IMG/VR virus record: IMGVR_UViG_3300028833_000067
Span: 112,888 to 176,887 of that record
Direction: 5' to 3' (one strand)
Length of the DNA stretch: 64,000 nucleotides
Origin: a virus
Taxonomy: Duplodnaviria > Caudoviricetes
This document shows positions 13,535-27,467 of this stretch, piece by piece; position 1 is the first letter of the stretch, and each line of letters begins with the position of its first letter. Under the pieces are notes generated by a model, which searched no databases, had not been told where the DNA came from, and was given only the letters and a program-made list of their open reading frames with translations. The position numbers and the translations under genes were made by a program.

Positions 13535-16021
13535 GTGACAGCAGGTAATTTCAACTTAACCTCTTATTATGCTAAAAGGATTATAGGTGATACGGCCGCG
13601 GCGAGTTAGAGTAGTGCGCTATTGTAGACTGGAACAAATATTGCAACAGATACATGGATCTTACATAGAACGAATAGGAGTGAGTTGTATGGTATAAAGT
13701 ATTATTATGATACAACTGAAACTGATAATGTAAATAATGGACATGATAGGATTGAATTGTATGGCGGGTAGCAAGATGATCAAGAACATTATATATCAAG
13801 TATTTGGGCATAGTTAGATACTGGTGATACTTATATATTAGGAAAAGTTGGGATTGGATATGATCCAACTACTGACGGAAATACATATAAATTGTATGTA
13901 AATGGTAATTCTTATTTTACTGACCATATGTATATAGGAAGAAATGATAGCGCACATATATATTTAATAAATAAAAATTGGACTAAAGGAACGAATCCTA
14001 GTTCATAGACATATTCTGCTATAGAATATAATGATGTAAATAATAGTCGTGTTGCTTTATTAGAGACTACTTTAGATATATCTGGAAATAGTCGTTTTAA
14101 TATTTATTTAGTTCCAAATGTCGAAAATAGTACAAGTTGGAGCGGTATTGTTTTATAGAAAACAAATGATAATGTTTTGACTGTAAATATTGCAGGAACT
14201 ACAACTGTTAGTGGAACTATACATGCTAATGGTGGTTATTTAAAATCTACTTTAAATAGTAATACTGTATAGATTGGTTCGCAAAATTCTAGTTTTTGTC
14301 ATATTACTAATAGTGCAAATATTCCTTTTTGGTTTAATAAAACTATATAGATAGATGGTAATTTAGTATTATATCAGAAAAATACATCATTAGAACCAGG
14401 ATATTTGCATCTGGGTGGAACTACTGATGCAACTATGACTTCCGCTTCAACTAATCCTAGAATTTGCTTTTCAGAGGGCGCGAGCGCCCAACCTGTATAC
14501 TTGATATATACGGATGCGGATTCCTATCGTGCCCCGGCTGGATTAAAAGTGATTGGAGGGACAAGCGCTACTCCTGCTTGGTTTGAAGTTGAAGGAGATA
14601 TACATGCTGGAGGAAACTTAATATTCGCAAATAGTGGTACGGCTTTCCGCGGTATCAATTATGGAACTATGGGTGACAATGATCAATGGCGTATAGGTGG
14701 GGCAGCAACTGCATCTAATGCTGGATATATGGAATTAGCAACTGCTGACGATGGAAATGAACCTATATATGTTAGACAATACACAGGAGTATTTACTACT
14801 TTAAAAAGAACATTGACATTATTAGATGCTAATGGGAATACAACTTTTCCTGGTAGTTTATATTTAAACAATCGAGGCACAAATATAATTTATAATGGCC
14901 CGAATGATGCCGTAAATGGTGTTGGTGGCGCATTAAATAATTTAGTATTTAGTTCTTGGTATGGTGTATCATTCACTACATCTTGTACTGGACAAACTTA
15001 TACAGGTACCAATGCTGTGTCTATTAACTGCAGAAATGGTAATGTATATGCAGCACATTTTAATGGCCCACTTACAGGTAATGTAACAGGAAATTGTAGT
15101 GGTTCTTCGGGCAGTTGTACAGGTAATGCTGCTACAGCAACAAAATTACAAACCGCCCGAGCAATTAATGGCACTAACTTTGATGGGTCTGCGGCCATTA
15201 CAACCGCTAATTGGGGTACTGCAAGAAATTTCACTATTAAAGATTCATCAAGCACCAATGCGGGTACGGCTGTTAGCGTAAATGGAAGTGGCGCAGTTAC
15301 TTTATTATTACCAGCTACAATTAAAGCAACTATAACTGGTAATTGTAGCGGTTGTGTCGCTACTGCTGCAGGCACAAGTTGGAATAACGGTCATACTGCT
15401 GCTCCTATAAGAATTGCTGGCGGAGCAAATTATCATGTTGCTATGTCTATATAGACTGCTAATGGTTATTGGAGTATTGGTAATCATGGTAGCTCGGGAT
15501 CCAATTCTAATGCGTTAATTTTTAATTATTGGGGATCTGGTCAGTCTAATGCATAGCGTGGTGCACGCATTATGCAAAATGGTACTTTTGTTGCAGTTGG
15601 CGGTGATATTGCAGAATATCGAGAAGGCTTAGAAAATGCTCCAGGTAGAGTTGTTGTAGAATCTGGAAATTCAGATACGTTAGTATTATGCCAAGAACGA
15701 TTAATCTCGGGAGCAAAAGTAATATCTGATACATTTGGTATGGCAGTCGGTAATAATAAGGGCCGCAACACTCCTATAGCTATTAGTGGACGTGTACTCG
15801 TATATCCATATAAAGATCGCAATTTATATCATCCGGGTGATGCTGTTTGTTCCGCGCCCGGAGGCACAGTTGATATTATGACCCGTGAAGAAATTGTGCA
15901 ATATCCAGAAAGAATTATAGGTATCGTTTCAATGGTACCTACATATGATTCATGGTATTTAAACGATGGAGAAGAGAGCCAAATCCCAGTTAATGGCAGA
16001 ATATGGATTTATGTACGATAA
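13535..16021 (+). CDS. Tail fibre/receptor-binding protein with C-terminal chaperone-like (peptidase G2/IMC-like) domain
   Basis: GTG after GGAGGTGAGG; ORFs 14405 and 15572 in frame via TAG; GNAATATKLQTARAINGTNFDGS fibre repeat; GDIAEY...GRV C-terminus. Confidence 0.8.
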
Positions 16022-16230
16022 AAATTTTATTCTTGTATAAATTTTTATCATATATCTCCTCATTCAAAAACACATATTTTATAGGGATAGTAATTAGTAA
16101 AATTTATCATGAAATGAAATCATATAATAGATAAAGGTTCGCGCGAAAGAATATTCAACCTTATCCTCAATTTACTAGTTCATTAATAAATTTTACTATT
16201 TAATATTAATATAAAATGGAGATGATTAAT

Positions 16231-16860
16231 ATGGGTGAAAACGGATTAACTCCAGCTGATATTGCCGCAGTAAATGGTAATAATATGGAAAATGGTTGGG
16301 GCGGTATGATTTGGCTATTTGCAATCCTCGCTATGATGGGTGGCGGCTTTGGCTTTGGTAATGGCTATCGTCCACAGTATGCAACTCAGGATTTTGTGCA
16401 GAATGGTTTCAATTTTAATGATCTTCAAGACCAGAATCGTGATATTATGCAAGCTATTAATTATGGTACTGCTCAGGCAGTAGCTACTACCAACAATGTC
16501 TATCATGATTTAATGAATGGTCTATCTGATAAATATACTGAGCTTCAACGTGATATTGCGGGTTTAGCTGTTGGCCAAGCAAATCAACTTGCTCGTATTA
16601 ATGAATGTTGCTGCAATACACAGGCTGCCATCGCTCAAGTAAATTATGACGCTGCAATGCGCGATGCTGCAACCAATGCTAATATTGTTGCACAGAATCA
16701 GAAGGTTCTAGATGCTATTATGGGTAATAAGATGGAAGCCTTACAGAATCGAGTAAATCAGCTTGAATTACAGAACCAGTTACAGGGTGTTGTACGCTAT
16801 CCACAGGGTTGGACATATAATGCTGGCAATTCTCCATTCTGCGGAGGATGTAATATGTAA
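16231..16860 (+). CDS. Conserved-type phage protein with CCC motif and coiled coil
   Basis: GGAG RBS; N-terminal hydrophobic Gly-rich segment; ECCCNT; no TAG. Confidence 0.75.
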   Translation: MGENGLTPADIAAVNGNNMENGWGGMIWLFAILAMMGGGFGFGNGYRPQYATQDFVQNGFNFNDLQDQNRDIMQAINYGTAQAVATTNNVYHDLMNGLSDKYTELQRDIAGLAVGQANQLARINECCCNTQAAIAQVNYDAAMRDAATNANIVAQNQKVLDAIMGNKMEALQNRVNQLELQNQLQGVVRYPQGWTYNAGNSPFCGGCNM

Positions 16861-16897
16861 TTAAGAGTGTATTAAGTACACCATTACAATATACCAT

Positions 16898-16933
16898 AGG
16901 ACGTACTTAATATAAGTACGTCCTCTATTTTTT
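16898..16933 (+). terminator. Intrinsic terminator
   Basis: AGGACGTACTTA...TAAGTACGTCCT followed by a T-run. Confidence 0.75.
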
Positions 16934-16957
16934 TATATATTATAAGGAGGAATAATT

Positions 16958-17371
16958 ATGTTATAGGCTTATTCAAATAATATAGATGTAGCCGCTGGCG
17001 CGGCTTTCCCACTTAATAATGTAGTAGTAGATAAAGGTTGCGGCGAGGTTCTTAGCGGTCCAGCAACTATTCAGCTCAATAAACGTGGTATTTATCTTGT
17101 TGAAGTAGATGGTTTTGCTACCCCAGATGCAGCCACTATGGTAAGCGCGCAGCTTTATGTAAATGGTGTTCCTCAGCCGCAGGCTATTAGTAGTTTTATG
17201 GGTACTGCGGTAACTGCTACAGATAATTTTGGTTTCAAAACTTTTGTCCGTGTAGCAGAAAATAATTGTAATTGTAATTGTTTTACTTCTCCAACTATTA
17301 TTCAGGTGCTAAATGGAGAAACAGCAATTTCTGATGCCCATATAAATGTTGTAGTAACCCAGATTCGTTAA
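16958..17371 (+). CDS. Beta-sandwich (BclA/C1q-like) protein
   Basis: AGGAGG RBS; TAG at codon 3; in frame with ORF 17138. Confidence 0.6.
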
Positions 17372-17376
17372 TATAA

Positions 17377-17407
17377 GGGCGGGCATGACCCGCCCATTTA
17401 TTTTTTA
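17377..17407 (+). terminator. Intrinsic terminator
   Basis: GGGCGGG...CCCGCCC followed by T-rich tail. Confidence 0.7.
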
Positions 17408-17423
17408 TAAGGAGAGGATTACT

Positions 17424-17966
17424 ATGACTATAGAAGAGATTTTTAATAAAATTGCTTCCCATATGGTAGAAGGTATTATGGTACATGATGAAATGGCAAA
17501 TGCCTATGACTTTTTAGGATTATTTGGTTTTGCTAAATTGCATGACTATTAGCATATAGAAGAAACTTGCGCTTATCGTAAGCTCGCGCACTATTATTCT
17601 ACTCACTATCATAAACTATTAAAAATAGATACTCAAATACGTCAACCTATTATACCTGAAAGTTGGTATAAATACACAACAATGGATGTAGATATAAACA
17701 CCAAGCGTAGCGCAGTTAAGGAAATGATGGGAAAATGGGTAAAATGGGAGCAAGATACAAAGAAATTATACTAGGAAATGCGGCAAGAGCTTTGCGCATT
17801 GGGCGAAGTTGCCGCGGCCTTAGAAATAGATTGCTTTATTAAAGAAGTAGATGATGAATTAGTTCATGCAGAAAAGAAATTCATCAAATTAGAAACAATA
17901 GGATATGATATTGAAACTATTATTAGTTGGCAATAGCATATGTATAAAAAATATAAAAAGGAGTGA
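17424..17966 (+). CDS. Ferritin-like helical protein
   Basis: AGGAGAGG RBS; open with three TAG; His/Glu-rich helices. Confidence 0.6.
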
Positions 17967-17971
17967 TAGCT

Positions 17972-18355
17972 TTGATTAGATTAATTTAGCGTAAACTAAT
18001 AATCCCTCAAGGCGATACTGGTAGTTTTACTATTCCAACCCAAGGTACAGTTGAAGAGGGGGATGTAGCTATTTTCTCTATTTATGATACATTAACACAT
18101 ACAACCGTATTAGAGAAAAAAATTGATGCAACAGCAGAAACATTAACCTTTAATTTTGTATCTGAAGATACATTAAATATAGAACCAGATGAAAAAGAAT
18201 CGGGCGGACGTTATCGTTGGGATGTCGCAATTCAACGTGATCCATTATATGACGAAGACAATAATTTGATTCATTATGATAGCGTAGATTCATATTACGC
18301 CGCTTTTACTTTACCAATCTGTGTGATAAAAAGGGTGACGCGCAATGTATTATAA
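17972..18355 (+). CDS. BppU-N-like baseplate protein
   Basis: TTG start after GGAG; IPQGDT...YRWDV pattern. Confidence 0.5.
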
Positions 18356-18821
18356 AAGTAGTAGAGCGCGCACGCGCGATCTATTGCTTGAGTATGATAC
18401 ACATATCATGCCACCAAGACCGCGCGCGGCGGGCATAGGAATAATATATCCATGGTTACAAAGTAACTATGTTGATGGTAATTGGGTAACTTTACCTATT
18501 CCAGAGACAGCAGAATTTTCTACAGTATACCCATGGGAATCAATTGGTTTAAGTATGCTTGGAGATTAGATTTATTTACTCGCGGCACGAAGCGGATATC
18601 ATGGGACACGCGAAGAATTTCATCGGTACTTTGGCTCATACTTAGAGTCAAATAAATGGGAAATTTTATTTGAAACCTATGATAATTTCCCACAAACAGG
18701 TGAAGTAGATAAATTATATTTTGACTTAAATGAAAAAATACTTTATTATTGGAACAATGAATATATTCCAGTAAACGCAATGCTTATTGCTCGTACTATA
18801 TTAAATGGGGGTGAAGCATAA
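18345..18821 (+). CDS. Tail-module protein
   Basis: Track ORF 18345 extended through TAG; FPQTGEVDKLYFD motif; TAATG coupling to next gene. Confidence 0.6.
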
Positions 18822-19546
18822 TGGCATCTAATACTATACAAGTTACTCTACAAATTCGTCATGACTAGAAAGATGATTGGGTTGCGAGAAATCCGGTATT
18901 AGCAGAAGGTGAACTCGCGCTCGAAACTGATCCCAGTAATGCTAACTCCTTTTTGCTTAAAATTGGAGATGGAGTAAGAAATTGGGAGCATTTACCCTAT
19001 TTAAATAAATTTGATGCTTCATACTTTTCTAAAACAGTAAATGGCGACATTACTCTTAATCCAACTTTTGTAGAACAAATAAATAACTTAATTGCACAGG
19101 CAGGCGGAGATGCTAAAATTATTATTACCGATGATCCGGTTGAGCCAACCGATCCCGTTAATTTACGTTACTTAGAGTGGGCAATAGCCCATGCTGGTCA
19201 TCTTCGCCGCGAAGTAGTAACTAAACTACCAGCGATTGCAGACGCAGATACAAATACTATGTATTTAGTTCCTGTAACTAATGGTGTTGGGTATACTGAA
19301 TATATGCTTATTAATGGCGTTTGGGATACAGTTGGAACTACCAGTGATAGCCATACTGGCTATGAATTACCAGTTGCTACATTTGCTGCGTTAGGTGGAG
19401 TTAGATCTGATGATATTACTCAGCATCCTAATACAGAATATCTTAGTGTTACACAAGAAGGATTTATGACTTTAAATAAAGTATCAACCTCCAAATTATT
19501 TGTACCGACCGGTGATACGCTAATTATTTATGGAGGTACAGCTTAA
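18821..19546 (+). CDS. Tail protein with hyaluronidase/Mtd-type N-terminal domain
   Basis: QIRHD...W..RNPVLAEGELALETD...KIGDGVRNW. Confidence 0.7.
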
Positions 19547-19567
19547 TAAGATAATGGAGGTGGGAAA

Positions 19568-21328
19568 ATGGCTACGAATATATTATAGACTATTATCCAA
19601 TTACGATATGGAACCTTTAACGAATGGATGAATAGTTCTATTATTCTTCATAAAGGTGAAGCCGCGATATGTACTTTTCCAAGTGAAAGTACTATTGAGT
19701 CACTTTCAAATGGAATTCCTTCTAATACTCCTCCTGCTGTTGGAATTAAAATTGGTGATGGACAACATTATTTTTATCAATTACCATGGTTATAGGGAGT
19801 TGCCGCAGATGTATATAGTTGGGCAAAGCGTAGTACAAAACCAACTTATACCGCAGCAGAAATTAGTGGCTTATAGAGTTTTTTAGAGGAAAATTTTCAT
19901 TTAAGTGGAGATATAACCTTTGCTCCTCGTATTTATCAAATAATTGAAGGAACAGGCGATAATATTAATAAATATTATTTACGATATAAAGAAAATAATG
20001 AAGATGCTCAATGGGTAGTTGATACGAATCATCCAATTGATTTATCTATGTATTAGAAAGTTGTTGATTGGATTGGCACTAATATTATTACAAATCCAAA
20101 TTTTCCTACTCTTGGCGCTTTTAGCGGCGCGCATATCGACAGCAAAATTAATGTATTAAATGTAGCAGATACCCCAATAGCAAATCAATTTGTAACTTCT
20201 GTCAATGAAACTGCCGGTAAAATTACTGTTGAACGTGCGAGGCCAACTTTTAGTAATATTGATGGTACATTAAATGTAGAAAAAGGTGGTACCGGTCAAA
20301 CTACTTTAGCTGAAAATCATGTATTAGTGGGTAATGGCACAGATTCTATAAAATTAATTCCAATTGCAGAAACTATTGCCAATAATAATCATCTTGTTCC
20401 TAATAACGTAATAAAAGCATATGTTGATAATGCAGTTGCTGGTTTAAGTGGAGCAATGCATTTTATTGGTGAGGCAGCAGTTGTAATTAGAGAAGGTAGC
20501 GCCGTAGACCCACGTATTCCTGATTATAATTTTGCTTAGGCTCAGCCAGGCGATGTAATCTTATATAATGAAAAAGAATTTGTCTGGAATGGCGGCAATT
20601 GGCAACTATTAGGTGATGAAAGTAGCTATGCTGTAAAAGGTAGCATTAAGGATGTAGACATTGATGCTGAGGCCGCGATATAGCAATCTAAGATTGCAGG
20701 CTTAGCAGAAGCATTTGAGGGAAAAGTAGATAAAAAAGAAGGTAAAACTCTTACTTCAAATGACTTTACTGATGAATTAAAAACTAAATTAGAGAATTTA
20801 CCTGAAAATGCTTAGGCTAATGTTATTGAACATATTTTATTAAATGGCACAGAAATCTCTCCTGCTATTGTAAATGACTTAACTAAAGCCATTAATCTTT
20901 AGATAAATGAATTTGATGACGCATCAAGGACTAAGTTATAGGGTATCTAGGCCAGTGCAGAAGTTAATAAGATAGAAAAAATTATATATGACTCAGAGGA
21001 ATTAGTACCGGATGCAGAGCGTAAGGTAGTAATTACACCTATAAAGCACGAGAATGTAATTGAATCTATTGCTATAAATGGAGTAGTTTGGCCGCCAGAT
21101 ACAAATAAATAGGTCAATATTAGATTGGACCAATCTGCACTTAATTTAGATGTCCTTGAAGGAGCAACAATCCCGACTGCTAGTGGTTATACTAGAGAAG
21201 ATGTTACTTAGGTATCTAAAAAATTACAATTAGAGCGTATCGCAGCTACTGGAAATGTATAGGATTTGCGGCAAACTGCTGATACGTATATTATATTAAA
21301 CTGCGGAAGCAGTACAGATGTTATTTAA
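19568..21328 (+). CDS. Tail protein (Mtd-type N-terminus)
   Basis: GGAGG RBS; QLRY...KIGDG; in frame with ORF 20327 through multiple TAG. Confidence 0.7.
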
Positions 21329-21361
21329 ACTTGACTGGAATGATGTCAAGGAGGTGTTTTT

Positions 21362-21904
21362 ATGGCAACTGCAAATAATACCATAAAGACGAGAATTCAG
21401 TTGAAAAGTGACACTGAAGAAAATTGGAATAAAGCCGGCCCTAAGAATGGGTCTAATGGTTTCGTGCCACTTTTGGGTGAGTTGATCGTCTATACAGCAG
21501 ATGCAACTCACCCTTTTTGTCGTTTAAAGGTGGGCGATGGTATCACTAATGTAGTAGGACTTCCTTTTATTGATAGTGGAACTATTAATGGAGAAGAAGT
21601 CGAGCTTGTAAAGAAAAGTACATTTAATGAGTTTCCCTCTCCGGGAAACTCAGATAAATTATATATAGATTTATCTACGAATAGAATATATCACTATACT
21701 GGAGCTACTGGCTATAAATAGTTGTCTAATTTTAATTATAATATATAGACAGGTTATGTAGAAGGAATTACATATTGGGATGCCGGTAAAACAACTGACA
21801 TACGTATTGCTAATAATACTTTAATCGTTGACCCTGGAATTGTTCCTTCTTTAGGCCATTATAGTGTTTAGGTAGTAACTGGTATTACTAAGGAGGGAGA
21901 ATAA
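21362..21904 (+). CDS. Tail protein (Mtd-type N-terminus)
   Basis: RIQLKSDTEENW...LKVGDG; TAG readthrough to TAA. Confidence 0.7.
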
Positions 21905-22872
21905 TGAGTAGTTATATTGGAAAAGTACAGATAGGTCCTTCAGATTAGGAGCAAATATTAATAGGTTCGACTTTATATGGAACATGTAGTACTCCTGCAA
22001 CGACCGCAGATAAGGTAGTAACTCTACCAGACTTTGATACATTAATGAAAGGTATTACAGTTCATGTACGTTTTATTAATGGTAATAGTATAACTAGTAA
22101 TGTAAGACTTGCAGTAGGTAGCACAACTTCTTATCCAGTTGTTGGCAACTGCGTATGCAATGAAAATGATATTATTCCATTTACGTATTATGAAGACAGT
22201 ACAGAGCATACATGGTATGCGAATACTAATATTGTTGTAGCCGAAGGTACAACCGATGGTACGATTAAAGTTAATGGATAGGACGCAACAGTACATGGTT
22301 TAGGCACTGCAGCATATACACCAGCAACAGATTATGCTACGGCAGCACAAGGAACATTAGCAGATAATGCAATGCCAATTAGTGGCGGTACTTTCACTGG
22401 AGCAGTTAGCGGGCCAGCAGTAAGCGATGCTTCTCCATCTGGCACATTAGCTACAATAGACTATGTGTAGTCCAAAACTGCTGGTTTAAGTGGCCTTACT
22501 GGGGCAATGCATTTCAAAGGAACAACAACGACAGCAGTTACTGATGGAGGTACACAAAATCCAACTATTGGAGGAACAGAAATTACTACTAAAGAGCCCG
22601 GCGATGTAGTACTATACGGAGATAAAGAATTTGTCTGGACCGAAACCGATCCAAATACACATATTGGATACTGGGAACTATTGGGCGACGAGGGAAGTTA
22701 TGTATTAGCAACTTCATAGACTACAGGTAATATTGGTTCTGCTTCTGGATGGAATGCTGGAAGTGCTTCAAGTGCAACAGTAGTTGGCGGAGTATTACAA
22801 ATAACAAATAGTATTGCTCCTAGTTTAACAGTAACCTCTACTAATGTAGTAGTTCCAGTGGCAACGCCATAA
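21904..22872 (+). CDS. Tail fibre-module protein
   Basis: ORFs 22045 and 22507 in frame; GAMHFKG...PGDVVLY..KEFVW domain shared with 19568..21328. Confidence 0.7.
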
Positions 22873-22886
22873 TGGTGGTGAGGTAA

Positions 22887-23531
22887 ATGGGATATATATA
22901 TTCAATATAGACACCAGATAATACTACTCATCTAATTGAACCATTATTATTTGCCACCGCTGGTGGCACTAGAGTAGCGCTAACTGCAGGAATTAATAAT
23001 TTTACTTTAGTTGCTGGAGCTTATGTAAATATAAAAGTAAGTGAAGTTGGATCTAATGCCACACTTAATGTTAGTAATACTGGCGCGAAAGATATATATT
23101 ATAATAATATATAGATTAGCGCCAATATGCTTACTCCAGATAATATATATACATTTATATATGATGGATCACATTGGAATGTTTTAGGTGATATTACTGG
23201 ACAAAATATATTGATTGGTACTACAGCAGAATGGGCAGCGCATAATACATTTGTTGCTCCAGCGGGAACTGTTATTATTTACACTGATAGAGGTAGTTAT
23301 ACTTCTAATAATAGTACAATTGTAGTTCCTGGAATAAAAGTTAGTGACGGATTGGCATATGCAGTAGATTTACCATTTGTAGGTGATGATATTGCTGCGG
23401 CTATTCGTAGCGAATTAAATGATCATATAAATGATAATGTAAAACATATAACAAGTGAAGAACGCACTTTTTGGAATAATAAATTAAATTGTGATGTTAC
23501 AGATGAAATACTGTAGCTAAATAGACTATAA
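22887..23531 (+). CDS. Tail fibre-module protein
   Basis: GAGG RBS; in frame with ORF 23127. Confidence 0.65.
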
Positions 23532-23545
23532 GGAAGTGAATTATA

Positions 23546-24532
23546 ATGGCAGATAATCCAAAAATTAAACAAATTACCCTACCAAATAATACTACATATG
23601 ATATTGTTGACTAGGGCGCACGAGACTTAATTTCTGCATTAAATTCTTTTACATATAAATTATGTACTGTGGCAGCGGATACCCCTTCAGGAGTTACTTG
23701 GACTAGTGGTAGTTCTACTATTACTGGTAGTCTTGCCGCCGCAAGTACAACAATGAATGTAATTTATTTAGTGCCTGTAACTCGTAATAATAAAACTATT
23801 TATAATGAATATATTACTATTGATAAAGGTAGCGGTTCTCCAAGATATTAGTGGGAGATGTTTGGTGATACTGATATCCACTTATCTGATTTTGGCGCGT
23901 TAGCTTATAAAGATAGCGCTTCTGGAACGTATTCAAAATTAAAATCAATTTCAGTTACAACAAATGCCACTACAAATAAAACTGCCTCTGTAACCGGTTC
24001 AGCGGTACCAAGTGGTGGGACTGCAGATTATACTCCAGCAGGAACAATATCATTTACTAATACTAATAAAACTGCAGCAGTTACTGGTTCTGCTGTCCCC
24101 ACTGGAGGCACTGCAAATTATACCCCTGCAGGAAATATCACGGTAAAGACTGCTGGAAGCAATACTACAATTCACAATCCAACTGCAGTTACAGTAGCTA
24201 AAACAGTTGTAGCATAGGCTCCTAGTGCTTCTAGTCATCCTAATAATAATTTAACATATTATTCAGTTTCTGGAGAAGTATTAAGTCTTTATCAATTAGG
24301 ATATACCACTGGAGATTCTATTACAACCTCAGATGTTACTGGTGTACGTACTGGTGATGCGGCGTATCAATTTTCTGGTACAGGAACAATGTTGACTACA
24401 GGGAATATTTCCGTTCCTACTAACGCAACTTTTACTGGAACTGGAACAAAATTAACTACTGGAAATATTCCTGTCCCTTCGAGCTATACTGCTACTCCAA
24501 CATTTGAAGATCAAACAATTACTGTTAGTTAA
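23546..24532 (+). CDS. Thr/Gly-rich tail fibre protein with internal repeat
   Basis: ORFs 23669 and 23858 in frame; TNKTA.VTGSAVP.GGTA.YTPAG present twice. Confidence 0.7.
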
Positions 24533-24547
24533 TAGGAGGTGATTTAA

Positions 24548-27361
24548 ATGGCGGATTATATTAGCCAAATAACACTTCCAGATGAAAGTACATATGATTT
24601 GAAAGACGCCGCTGCCGCGCGTGGTAATGGTAGAGTATTTTATGGAACATGTTCTACTGCTGCTGGTACGGTGCCGAAAGAAGTAATTTGTAATAAATAT
24701 GATACTCTTACTATTGGCGATATTTTGATAGTAAAGTTTGCTAATACTAATAGTGCAGCTGTTAATGATAATTTAAAATTATAGATTACAAATTCAAGTG
24801 GCAGTACAACTGAAGCTAAATCTATTAAATAGCAATATAACTCAACTGGTAATAATAATTTAAATGCTGCCGGACAATTAAATAAAGATAGTATTTCAGC
24901 TTTTATATATAACGGTACATATTGGATTTTATTAAATGGTAATTATAATACTACTTATAGTTATATGCGTCCTTATGGTTCTACTGCAAGCGATATAGCA
25001 GCTAAAACTGGCAGCTCAGGATGGAAATTTTAGTTAACTGCCGGTAAATATTTTATGTTTACGTAGTATTATGACAATACCGCACAATCAGCTTTAACTT
25101 TAAATATTGGCAGTACAGGAGCTAAACCAATTTATATTAATGGTGAACCATCTTCTGCGAATAACTATCTTTTACCGGGAGGATAGTACCTTGTATATTA
25201 CGATGGTACTAATTATCATTTTAGAACTGACGATAAAATACCTGGAAATATTGCAGGAGATGCAGCAACGGTAAACGGTTTAACTGTATAGACGGCGGTG
25301 CCTCAAAATGCTATATTTACGGATACAAAATCTTTTACTATTACTGCTAATGCAACTGATGGATATTGGAATTTAACTGGAACTAATGGAACTAATGCAG
25401 TTACCTATGCTTTAGCTCCATACTCTTCTAAACAATCAGGAGCCAATTTTTATACAGGCACCACCGTACCGGATGGTACTACGCGTCTAAATTATAATGG
25501 TTATTTATATGCTACTAAATTATACAGTGGAGGAACTGAGGTATCTGTTAATGGACATACGCACGATGACAGATATTCTTATAATCATTTAAGTGATTAT
25601 GATTTTACAGATACTCAACCACTAAGTAAATATGTTACTTTTGATAAATCAAGGCCCGTTGGCGCGCCTAAGGAAGAATGGTATAATGGTTTCATTAGCT
25701 CTCATAGTAATTATCATGCTTCTTATATTATAAATGGACACACGCACTAGAATGAATGGTATGTTGGACATGGAATTTGGAGAGAGGCTAATACTCCACA
25801 TGCTACAGCACCTATTTGGTATTTACTGGCACATAGTGGAAATGTAACTACTGGTGATAATAATGGATAGGTAAAGATTGCTGGGTAGAATGTAAGTGTA
25901 AAAGGATTAAAAGACCTTGCATATATAGCAAAGCCTACTTCTAATACTACCACTACTTTCTTACGTGGGGATGGTACATGGCAAACAGCATTAACTGCTC
26001 ATTAGAGTCTAGCCGCTTATGCCCCACTTGCTTCTCCAGCTTTAACTGGTACGCCTACCGCCCCTACCGCGGTGAATGGAACGAATACAACTCAAATTGC
26101 TACAACAGAATTTGTTAATAATACATTATCATATGTAAATGCAATGCGCTTTAAAGGTACATTAGGCACTGGCGGTACTATTACCGCATTACCAGCATCT
26201 CATGAAGCAGGTGATACATATCGTGTAATAACTCCTGGTACTTGGGCAGGTAAGTATTGTGAAGAAGGTACCTTAATAATCTGTGTTAAAGATGGTACTG
26301 TTGCATCAAATGATGACTGGACTTCAGTTGAAACTAACGAAGATGGAGCAGTAATTGGTCCATCAACAGCAACAAATGATGGCATTGTTTTATTTAGCGG
26401 TAATACCGGTAGAATTATAAAAAATAGTAGTAAAACACTCACAACAACCGCTCCTTCCACTGATTCAGATGATACAACAATTCCAACTTCTAAAGCAGTT
26501 TGGACTACAGTTAATACTGCAATTACTGGGCTTGACTTTACCGCAGTTGGTGGTGATACTGGAGAATATATTAGTAAAATTTCTCAAACTGATGGTAAAA
26601 TAAGTGCTACTAAAGCTACTACTTCTGTATCAAATACTTGGACTGCAGGGACAACAGCAGGCCCGACAATAAAAACTACAGTAAATGGAATAGCTGGCAC
26701 AGCGGTAGCAATACCATCTGCTAGTAATACTGCTAGTGGTATTATTACTACTGGAGAGCAAACTTTTGCTGGAATAAAAACTTTTGCTAATACTACTGCT
26801 TCTACCTCTACAGATACTGGGGCGGTTTTAGTCGGTGGCGGATTAGGAGTAACAGGATAGATAACCGCTGCTCGTCTTGCCGCAAATGGCAGCAATACCT
26901 CTTATAATTTATATGTAAACGGAACATCCCTATTAAATGGAAATACTACCGTTAATGGAAACTTAATTCCTGGCGCGAATAATACTAAAATATTAGGCTC
27001 TACTGATGATAGATGGGCCAAATTATATATTGGTAATGCCAATAATCATGGAGATGCCTATACTCCAATATATTGGGATGATGGCGTCCCCACAGTGGTG
27101 ACTCCTGTATAGTATTGTGAATTCACTATTAATGAAGGAACAACTGGAGTAAAACTTGAGCATACAGCTTTTACCACAGCTTCATATGTTATTTAGATTG
27201 TAGTTACTAGTGGTGAATCTAATCTTAATTCTACTATTACATGGGGAAGTGCGGCAGGCTATATCAATTTAACTTGTAGTGCTACTTCTGGCGCAGTAAG
27301 TGGTTATATTTTAGTAAGTAGAGGCGGAGCAATTACTGCAATCGCAACTGATATAACTTAA
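24548..27361 (+). CDS. Long tail fibre protein (~937 aa)
   Basis: ORFs 24548, 25298 and 26072 in frame via TAG; APLASPALTGTPTAPT...NTTQIATTEFV fibre motif. Confidence 0.8.
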
Positions 27362-27364
27362 TAT

Positions 27365-27393
27365 TTGACTTTTTTCAAATTCCATGATATAAT
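27365..27393 (+). promoter_or_regulatory. sigmaA-type promoter at the start of the early/tRNA island
   Basis: TTGACT-N17-TATAAT with TG extension. Confidence 0.7.
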
Positions 27394-27467
27394 ATTTACA
27401 GAAGATGAGGAAAGGAACTCACCTTCTATAAAATAATTTTTTTCATTACATAAGGAGGTAATGAGAT

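Noticed and set aside
20440-22710. Similar DNA segments in two tail genes as a possible DGR template/variable repeat pair
   Set aside because: Differences are mostly synonymous and not adenine-specific, both copies are coding, and no reverse transcriptase is present; these are paralogous domains.
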